NCBI RefSeq assembly: GCF_036321535.1
Contig: NC_087437.1
Location: 60,700,001 to 60,764,000 of the forward strand
From: Camelus dromedarius
Taxonomy: Eukaryota
DNA: 64,000 nt
Direction of reading: 5' to 3'
Shown piece after piece: positions 54,243-64,000 of this stretch (its first letter is position 1; each line of letters begins with the position of its first letter). The notes under the pieces were generated by a model. It saw only the letters and a program-made list of their open reading frames with translations, ran no database searches and was not told the DNA's origin. Position numbers and translations under genes: made by a program.

Positions 54243-54764
54243 CTATGATGGAAACAGAAAAAAAAAAAAATGAGAACCAGTTTCCCAATTCTCTTAGAAA
54301 ATTTACAAACACCAATCAGTTAATCATTTAATTTATTATATACATATTATACAATAAGATTACAATTTACTCACAGGCAGTACTTTTACTTCCACACTGC
54401 CTATGCACAATGCTTTGTAGTACAAAGAGCCTAAATATTTTTAGATTTCTCTTGAAGCTGATTAACCAACCCAAGGTCAGCCCAGTGCCAGGAATTAATC
54501 TTTTCATCCTAATCTGGGAAAATAATCTTCAAAATATTTTTTAACATATGAAACTAAACACATAATTACTTCTTTTTTTCCCTCTACTAAGGGAAGTGCT
54601 ATAACATTGTGTAGGCTAATTCTTTCAACATATTCAAGTGAAAAAGAGATTCCTACTGATTATTCACAGACATATCTAGTTTCTCCCTATATTAAAAGCT
54701 AATGGTTAAAAAAAAAAAAAAAAAAAGCTAATGGTAACATCCAGAAGAATGAGAAAGTAGCTAC

Positions 54765-54813
54765 CTCTTGTCCCAATGCTACATCAGTAGCAGTGAAAAC
54801 TGTGCCGGAAGCC
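54765..54813 (-). CDS. PAK2: PAK2 exon 9 (ASGTVFTATDVALGQE)
   Basis: tag| acceptor, |gtagct donor, 49 nt, completes the GQGASG loop. Confidence 0.95.
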
Positions 54814-56067
54814 CTAGGGAAAAAAGACACAACCAGATTTAGGGTTTCTAAATCACTCATTAATGGCATTCAAAGATTTTATACTTAGAACAACTGAAAA
54901 GGGATTAAAGAACATTTAAAACTGAACATCTTTAAAAGAAGTAAAAGTAAAGGGGGGAAAAAATGAGAAAAAGAGGCAATCTCTGTGGCCAAAACTTATG
55001 TTAAAAATTTGTCATAAATTTCAGACCTCTAAAAATACAAGAAAAAGATAAAGAAAAGAAAAAAAACAGTAACATATACTCATGGATCCACTTCCCTACT
55101 TAAGAAACAAAAAACTACAAATAAATTTGAAGGTTCTTGTCTACCCTTTCCAAAAGCATCCTCCCTCATCCCAAAAGTAATCTGTATTGGGTATTAATTC
55201 TGTATTTGATGTGCATCATTTCCATGTATTTCTCTATATTTTAACTATCAAGGACATAGGTATGTACTACTACAGAAGATATTTAACATAATTTACAATT
55301 TCATAGAAATGGTTTCATTTTATATATTTTCCTGTTATTTGTTTTTTAACTCAACACTGATTTCAGATGGTCATCCATATGAACAGGTGTTATTCTTGTT
55401 CATTCATAATTATTGTATACATTACTCAGTATACTGTAGTTTATCTATTATCATGCTCAAGATTATTAACATGATTTTCAATTTTTTATTATTGAAACTA
55501 GCATTGTAATTAAATTTGGTTTTTTTAAAAAAAATTCGTTAAGTAAGTTTTTAAAAAAAGACTTAAGCTCACTTTCTAAACTCACAGAACACTTTCCAGA
55601 GGTTAGTAACATTAAAAACTCAAGATGTTCATTTGCCCCCAAGTACCAGGAAAAAAGAGTTCAGTTAGTATAGTTTAAAAATACAAATTTCTGAAAAAAA
55701 TCAGATCAGTAGAACTAAAGATCCATACTCAGTGATGTGATTAAAATGCAGGGTTGTATTTTTTTTTTTAAGTGTAATCTTGTTGTAAATTTTCTTTCTG
55801 TTTTTTAAATATTTGCTGGACAATTTCCCCACCCATCTAATCTCTTACCACCAGTGGAAAATAACACTTAAGAAGAAATGATGTATAATCATTGCAAAGC
55901 AGTACAGTATTTTAATAGCATCTAGAAATAAATGCATTGCTTATTTACACAAATCCAGGGAAACCACTCTTGAATATCATTAAGTGCTCAATGTCAGGCA
56001 AACAAGATGTCATGCTGGACACCTAGGAAAGAATGAATATTCTGGGAATATAGTCACAAATACTTAC

Positions 56068-56131
56068 CCTTGCCCAATTTTTTCATATCTTGTATATTTT
56101 TTCTTAGGGTCACCTATGCTTACAATAGTTC
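56068..56131 (-). CDS. PAK2: PAK2 exon 8 ([21 protein letters not shown])
   Basis: tag| acceptor, |gtaagt donor, 64 nt. Confidence 0.96.
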
Positions 56132-57509
56132 CTATTTCAAATAAAAAACAACAAAAAGTTAGAATCTAAGTCAAGAATTTTAAAACTGTAAACAATTTCT
56201 GGTAACTATTTCTTTTAATAAACTCCACTGATTTTAGAACAGTAGTTTTCAAACACAACACTAAGTTTCAAAAGTAATATATGTTTCAAACACAAACACT
56301 AAAGAAACAAGTAATATAAGTAAAAAAGTATCAGAAACAAGAGGATAAATTATTTCCATAAGGCTAGACCTCCTAACTAATGTCTTGATTATCATTTTCT
56401 TAAAAATGACCCCTTTTTAGACTGACCAATTGTACTAGTTTTCCAGAGACTAAGGGGGTTTTCAGGATGTGGCATGTTCAGTCTTAAAATTGGGAAATTC
56501 CTGGGGAAATGACAAGTTTGGCATCTTACTTTTTAGACTCCATTGAAATGTATTAAACTAATGATAAGTTATGAAACTACTTACTATGAAAAAATAAATA
56601 TATACAATATCCAAATGAAAAACCCTAAATAGCTTTTCTAACTCTTCTTATATACCTTCTATTGTCCAACATATTTAGGAAACAACTTATTACTATAATG
56701 GTTACTCTAATGTGAAACACGCACAAACCAATCATGTATCTATTTTAGGAAAGTTCACAAAGTCGCAACTAAGAAAGGTTTTAAAATTATGTTGTTGTAC
56801 ATAGAAGCATAGCTTATATTCTTATTACTAGTAGGTCAAAACATGAGAAAACCACACTAAATTTTCACTTAAACTTTTACAAAGTGAAAGGAGAGAGGAG
56901 CATATTTCAGAAATTCACAGAAATAATCCAATTTTACGTAAGTACCCAACCTCAAGCCTACAACCAATACATAGTATTTTTCCTTGATCCCTCTACGTCA
57001 GTGTCCTTTGTGACTATAGTTGCTGTATAGTTGTAAAGAGACATTATTGCTCCTTTTCTTTGCACTGTGTGTATTGTTTCCAGTGCTTGATCCAGGCAAT
57101 AATAGCTGACGGATGAAAAGGGAGAAGAGGGGAAAAAAACATTTTATGCTCACGCATATATCTATATAGGCCATTTTGTATTCTCATATTGAGAACTATG
57201 GGTGTGCATAAATATTCCTTTGATAAAGTTTCCAACTATGACCTTCAAATTTGGCCCTTTGGGAAAAAGTATTACTCCCCAAAGTAATGACTTGCAAAGA
57301 TGCTGCTTACCAGTCAGCATATAATAATAAACAAGCAAAGAAGAGTATTATTTTAGCTTTACTACATTTTAATTAAAGCTGTTGTTCCTAGAAGAAAATA
57401 ATTCATAATTTATAAGCCAAAATCTAAGATATAAATTAAAATCCATCTGGGCCCAATGTCTCAAGAGATGTTAGCAATTTAAGAATGATGTGAAATGTAG
57501 GTAACATAC

Positions 57510-57642
57510 TTAATTTCTCCATAATCTCTTCATCTGTCATTTTGGCCTTCTTTTTCTGTTTGTCTGAAGACTTGGCACCACTATCAACATTAGAATCGCC
57601 AACTGGTGCAGGAATAGGATCAATAACAGACCGTGTATAAAT
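57510..57642 (-). CDS. PAK2: PAK2 exon 7 (IYTRSVIDPIPAPVGDSNVDSGAKSSDKQKKKAKMTDEEIMEKL), includes the caspase-site Asp212 equivalent
   Basis: cag| acceptor, |gtatgt donor, 133 nt. Confidence 0.96.
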
Positions 57643-58706
57643 CTGCAGAGAAACAGTTAATTACTGAGGCTTGAGGAAAAAATATTTTTAGGTATTCTTA
57701 CTTGCACACCATTCAGTTCTCTCATTTTTGACAAAAACTAAGTTGTCTCTGGTATTATAAAGAATGAGAATAATATTTTCAGACTTGTCTTATAAAAGAC
57801 TGGTAACTAAGGAATAAATGTGAGACATTTTTCTTTGGCACATCATGTATATATTTTAAAAGTCTGTCTAACAAAACAGCAGATTCTTGAACGAAATGAT
57901 AGTGTTAACCAGATCTAAAATTATAAAATAACAATGAAGCAAAAAGAAGTACAAGTTTAAAAATCATGTTTTCTCTACAAGAGAGAAATAAAGAGCAAAA
58001 ATAGTGGAAACCTTGATGTTGAAATAACTATTATTAATTCCCACAAAATATTCACACAAATATAATTTCCACCATTTCATTGCAAACAGCCAGTTCTAGG
58101 TGGTAAAAAAGACAGAGCTCTCTATCATTAGGTGAGGAGCCAACGGCAGTCCTTACAGCCTCCCCTGCCTACCGTGCCAACACTTCGTCATACTCCACTG
58201 ACTTTATTCGTATTAGTACAGGGAGAGGGACAGGACTCTTTCTGTCCCTATTTAAAGTTATTATTAAAATTTCCCATATCTGTTAGAAACTTCACTCTTA
58301 GCAGCCTCCTGAATGACACCAAGGCTTTGAGAGAAATGTACAATCGAAGATAAAATACATACTTTGGGAAAGAGGTAAGATACAGTTTTAGATATAGTAG
58401 TTATCTGCACTGAGACAAGCAGAGAAAAGGCAGATAAACAGATGAATTCTCTGGAAGAGATGGTATAATAGAGAAAGAAAAAACAATGAGATAGGTATTT
58501 TAACTTTTAAAGAAGCCATTCGATTTTAATTTTCAAAACACTAGATTTTTGATGAGTGGTGTTTAGGTAAAAATCAAACTTCCCATTCTAAAATATTTTA
58601 AGCCTGAAGGTTTTTAAAATTAATCACTGGAAGTAAAATAAAGACCTCTGTTTTTAAAAACATAAATGCATACACACACAACCCAATTCACTAATCAGAA
58701 ACTCAC

Positions 58707-58814
58707 TGATTTTGTATGATCTGGTCGTGGGGCAATAACAGGAGGAGCGGTCTCTTCATCATCGTCATCTTCCTCTGCTACTACTGCTGACGTCTCCGAT
58801 CCCTTGGTGTTCAG
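58707..58814 (-). CDS. PAK2: PAK2 exon 6 ([36 protein letters not shown]), acidic tract and PIX-binding motif
   Basis: cag| acceptor, |gtgagt donor, 108 nt, PPVIAPRP motif. Confidence 0.95.
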
Positions 58815-59187
58815 CTGCATTTATCACATGACCGAAGTAAGGAAGACAAGTCAAATATAACAATACATTAAAATATGACTTTCTTTTTTTTAAAACATAC
58901 TTGAAAAAGTATTTCTTTAGTAGCTCATTTTAAAATGGTAAAACCTCACAGGTTCTAATATAAACACTTGAAAAAGTAAAGGTGACTCTATACACTATAG
59001 AAAAGTAAATTCATAAAATAAACGTATACAGTAAATACCAAGTATTCTTTAAGAGGGAATTTATACACTTTATAGAGAATTGTATACCCTTTAAACAAGC
59101 CCCCAAAGTAGACAATCCCTTCATTTGTTAAGACCAAAACCAAAAATCCTCTGGGCTTTGTGTAAGTCAGAGTCATTTTCAGTTATT

Positions 59188-59333
59188 ATTTTGTTGGAGG
59201 GAGTGGGGTGTGGGTAAGGTAATTAGGTTTTTATTTACTTTATTATTTATTTTGATGGAGGTACTGGGGATTGAACCCAGGACCTTGTGCATGCTAAGCA
59301 CGCACTCTACCACTGAGATATAACCTCCCTCCC
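59188..59333 (-). mobile_element. tRNA-derived SINE with perfect 14-bp TSD
   Basis: TSD cattttcagttatt at 59174-59187 and 59334-59347. Confidence 0.9.
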
Positions 59334-59943
59334 CATTTTCAGTTATTTAAAACACTCAGATTCACCAGAAAAAGTGGCGGCTAGTGAAGCAAAAGAGGAA
59401 GGCATTATCCTTTATACCAAGCTTATTATATGCCAGGTGTGTGCTAGCTGTGTACTTTATATGTTATTACATGTAGTCTTCAAACAAATTCAGGAGATCA
59501 TGTTCTCCTAATTGAGGAATTGAAAATAAAACAGTGACTGCAGGAGGTATTTGTGCTTACATGAAAATATAAGAGTTTCAAACAACTCTGAAGATTCTGA
59601 CAGACTTCTACTGTTCAGTATATTTCCACAGTCTATATTCAGTAGAATGGGGCCAGAGGAAAATGCTGGCTAGTTCTTTGCATTCATGTTTATATATGGA
59701 AATATTATTAAAAGTAGCTAAACTGCTCTAAAGATCATAAGTTTTAGTTACTTTAAGCATCATCTGAGGAAATTCTATTTGTTTAATATAGCTTCCTCAA
59801 CTAATCAAGTGGCTAGCTAAAAACAAACATTAAGTGGTTATTTCTGATGGCTGTAATTTATTTTAGAAAGTAAAATAAAAACTAGATTTGTTTGGGTAAC
59901 TAATAAATTAGAACAAGAGCTATAAGACAACATATTAACTTAC

Positions 59944-59975
59944 TGCTGGTGTTCCAGAAGTGAAGCCATCTTTCT
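59944..59975 (-). CDS. PAK2: PAK2 exon 5 (EKDGFTSGTPA), 32-nt small exon
   Basis: cag| acceptor, |gtaagt donor. Its phase links exons 4 and 6. Confidence 0.92.
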
Positions 59976-61583
59976 CTGAATACAAAACAGAAAATAATGC
60001 TAAGTTAACAATTCAAAAAAATAAAACAATTTCTATACAACGAAAGAAAGAAAAGATAAAGCAGAGCAAGTAAAATGTTCTTAGACTGATTTCATTTTAA
60101 GTTGAATTACATTTTGAGAAAAATAGTATCAGTATTCAAATAAAAATTTATGTAAGATTGAGCTAACAAGCCTCAAATCTTAATGGAACTCTTGCTAAAA
60201 ATCATTGAATTGTACACTTCAAGTGGGTGAATTTTATAGCTGTTAAAAGTTTACTTGAAAATGTACCTGTCAATCTGCATTTATTAAAATAAATCAGAAG
60301 TTTATTCACAATGATATTTTCTCCACCAAACTGCTTATCGAAGAACTTAAAGCAACTGATCATTTGGACCAAGTAACTATGTAAAAGGAAAATTATTGAC
60401 AAAAATTTTGATCAATATGAAAGCAAACCCCTGAAGGCAAAACACAGTTCATGAAGACTAAATATGAACATATTCATTCTGGAGTTTAGAAGAGCAAGTT
60501 TTGTTGTTTTACTTTTTAAAATGCCCCCATCTCAACACATATATGAACATATATATAAATATACCATTTTCTGTTTAAACATTTGACTTTAAAAAAGATT
60601 ACTAATTTACACACTTGAGTAGTTGACAAAATTTCTAGGGACAAATCTGACCTTTTGCTAAAGATGTACCAGATTACATAAAAAAGGTCAAGATCATTTG
60701 CCAAGTGGTCTCTGTTTCTTCCTTTGACACACCTTTTATTTCTGCAAGGATGCAACCAAGTAAGTACAACTAATTAAAACTACATGTATAATTTTAGCTC
60801 AATCATATTGTTTTTTAAGAACTACATGTATGACTTGAGGGGACAGAGAAACATAAAATGACAATCTGGTATGTTATTAGCAAAATCCACCCTGAGGGAG
60901 ACAGGACAAATGATCCTGTTTCCTCAACAAATAAGTTGCAAGAAAAAGAGGCCTGAGAATCAGTGTGAGGGAGGGGAAGCCTAAATATCCAAAGAGGTTC
61001 AAGACATACAGTACTCCACTGTAATGTGTGGACTTTATTCTGATCCTTACTTGAACGAGTAAACTTAAAAAACCCACTATTCTCCAATTCTTACCTAATG
61101 ATATTCCAATTCTTTTAGTTCTAATGCTTATTTTATGTTTTTATATTAGATGAGCTTCAATTTTTGAGGAGACAAAAACTTTTTTTTACTTCAAAGTCTG
61201 TGTTTATATACAGTAAAACATCCAAAACATCCCTCCTCCTGTCCCACTAACAATAAATAACGTTTCTAGTATGAGCATGCCTATAAATTAGGCTCTTTCC
61301 CTTCTATTGCTGGAACTCATCCAAAACCTGTGAAGAGGGAAAATAAATAAAAGGCAGAAAAAATCCATTTGGGCAAAACTAAGAGATTAATATAATCCCC
61401 AAACTCCAAATTATGCATAAGAGCTGCTCCAATCAGTTTACAAAAGGTAAATCTATGCAGGGGGAAAAGCAGAGACAACTACCATAGCTCAGCTTTTTAT
61501 TTAAGCAATCTTTTTATCTAGAAGTGCTCCACAACTCTGCAGTCCTCTTTAAGTCAATCTTTTACCACGGTCTGATATCTTAC

Positions 61584-61731
61584 CAGGAGGAGTAAAGCTC
61601 AGATATTTCTGCTTCACTGTGTTGGAGTCATAGAACTTTAAGACATCCAGCACGGCCTGAGGATTCTTCTTTTGCTCTAGTTTGGTGATATTGGAGGTCT
61701 GTAATAATCGAGCCCACTGTTCTGGCATGCC
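61584..61731 (-). CDS. PAK2: PAK2 exon 4 ([49 protein letters not shown]), autoinhibitory domain
   Basis: tag| acceptor, |gtaaga donor, 148 nt. Confidence 0.96.
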
Positions 61732-61964
61732 CTAACAAAAAGATATTCAGAAATTAGTTGTTTTGAATTGCTCCAATAAGATCAATTTCCAGAGCTAAGT
61801 GACAAAATATATAAAATAAATCAATCTACACAATTGTAAATTCTAAAAAGTCTAGTTTTCTGAATCTATTTTGCATAATTATAAGCAATAGGCCCAGCTC
61901 CCTCGGAAAAGAATACATTCAGCCACAAACACTTTTATAAGAAGAGAAAAGCACTAAGAATTCA

Positions 61965-62171
<207 letters not shown>

Positions 62172-62239
62172 TTAAAAAAAGAGCCTATTTAAACAAGATT
62201 ATTTAAATAAAGATTAGTAAATAGACCCTTCTCCTCTTG

Positions 62240-64000
62240 TAATGTCTTTGGTACATGAGTAATGCTGGCCTCATAAAAGTGACTTGAGAATTATTCCTTC
62301 CTATTCAATTTTCTAGAATTTTATATAGAATTGGTAATATTTCTTCCTCAAATGTTTGGTAAAATTCACTGATGAAGCCATCTGAGTCTGCTATTTTCTT
62401 TGTGGGAAGGCTAGTAACTATAAACTAAACTTTCCTAATTTAGGGTTTTCAGGTTACCTATTTTTCTTTGAGTCTTTCAAGAAATTTTTCCAGTTTATCT
62501 AATTTGTTGAACTTATTTGTATGTATTTGTTCATAATATTACCGTATCTTTTTAATATCTGTAAAATCTACAGAGATGCCATCTCTGTCACTCTCAACAT
62601 TGGCAATTTGTGTCTTCTCTGCCTCCCTACCATCCCATCAGTCTTGGTAAAGGTTTGTCTATTTTACTGATACTCGCAACAAATCAGCTTTTGGTTTCAT
62701 TGATTTTTCTGTATTTTTAAAAAATTTCACTGATTTTTCACTTTGAATTATTTTTTTCTTTTCATCTGCTTACGTTGGATCTCGCCTGCTCTTCTCTTCT
62801 AGTGTAGTAAAATAGCTTAGCTAAAATCATGGATTTGATCTCTCTTTTCTTTTCTAATATGGACATTTAAAACTGTAAAGTTCCTCTAAGTACTGTGTTA
62901 GCAGCATCATAGATACTGATGTCCCGAATTTTCATTTTCATTCAGTTTACTGTACTTCCCAAATATCCTCTTAATTTCTTCATTTATTTGGAAGTGTTTT
63001 TATTTATTTTCCAAATATTTCCAGAGATCTTTCCACTGATTTCTAACTTAATTACATTGTTGTCACAGAATATATACTTTGTGACTTGAATCTTCCTAAA
63101 ATTCATTGAGACTTTAAAAAATCGTCCCAGAATATGATGTCTTAGTAAACATTTCGTGTTCACTTAAAAAGAATAGAGTATTCTTCTATATATGTCAATT
63201 GATCAAGTTGGTTGTTAGTTTTAGCAATTTTTTGTCTACTTGTTCTAACAATTATTGCAACCAGTGTACTGCAATCTGCAACTATCATTGTATATTTCTT
63301 CTTGAAATTCTGTTTTTGCTTTGTGTATCTTGAAGCTTTGTTATTAAGTGCATAAATATTTAGTTCTGCTATACCGTCTGGTATATGAAATAACTTATTC
63401 CTTATCCCTTAACTATTTAGAGGAGAACTTCTTGCTCTAAAATCTACTTTTTCTGATAACAACCTAGCCAGTCCAGGTGTCTTTTTTAGCATACTTCTAA
63501 AAAGTATTTTATTTTAACCTATTTTACGGCTTTATATTTGTTAAGTGGATTTCTTACAGGAAGTATATATTTAGGTCTGCTTTAGCAATCTGATTGATAC
63601 AGTTGGGTTTAAACCGATCATCCTACTTACATTTGTTTTCTAATGACATCTATTCTTCATTTCTGCTTCCCTTTTTTTTTTCTTAACTACGTATTAACTA
63701 CCTCTCTGCATACCATAAAGTTCACCTGTTTTAAATTGGACAATCCAATGGGTTTTAGTACATTTATAGAATTACGCATTTAGTACATTTACAGAGTCAC
63801 TACAACATAACTCTGGGACATTTTCATCATTCCCAAAAGAAACCTCCTTGTACCCATTAGCAATCACTTCCAGTTGCTCCCTCTGCTCCTCCCTCAGCTC
63901 TAAACAACTACTAATCTACTTTCTGTCTCCACAGATTTGCTTAATCTGGCCATTTCACATAAATGGTATCATATAACATGTGGTCTTTTGTAAATGGCTC
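62240..64000 (-). mobile_element. Old L1 remnants in PAK2 intron 2
   Basis: T-rich antisense L1 ORF2-like motifs (tttggtaaaattcactgatgaagccatctg) and an L1MB-like 3' end from about 63670. Confidence 0.65.

Noticed and set aside
61560..61583. Possible alternative donor GTG|gtaaaa 18 nt downstream of PAK2 exon 4
   Set aside because: In frame but much weaker than the canonical CTG|gtaaga, with no other support.

Overview
This is AT-rich mammalian genomic DNA, probably camelid, judged from about 11 copies of a tRNA-Ala-like SINE. Two protein-coding genes lie in tandem on the minus strand. The first is the 3' part of PAK2: 13 coding exons from 62161 down to the stop at 43621, then a roughly 4 kb 3'UTR. 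The second is the 5' part of SENP5: a CpG-island promoter and non-coding exon 1 at about 26.3-27.0 kb, a 1.5 kb coding exon 2, and exons 3-5, after which the gene runs off the left edge. All coding exon boundaries were read as GT/AG and join in frame. The rest is mostly old and lineage-specific transposon sequence (L1, L2, MIR, MER/Charlie, MaLR/ERVL LTRs, SINEs), with a strong CTCF motif between the genes. I see no new multi-gene system. The best leads are: (1) a SENP5 5'-end arrangement where donor choice turns a 3-codon uORF into an in-frame 13-aa N-terminal extension, beside an overlapping out-of-frame uORF; (2) a TSD-flanked ~320 bp element joining an L1-like 5' end directly to an L1 3' end; (3) a target site used twice (SINE plus L1, three TSD copies); (4) a TSD-flanked poly(A)-only insertion next to a PAK2 donor; (5) a candidate alternative terminal exon downstream of PAK2. 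Gene, exon-number and repeat-family names come from recognition, not database searches.
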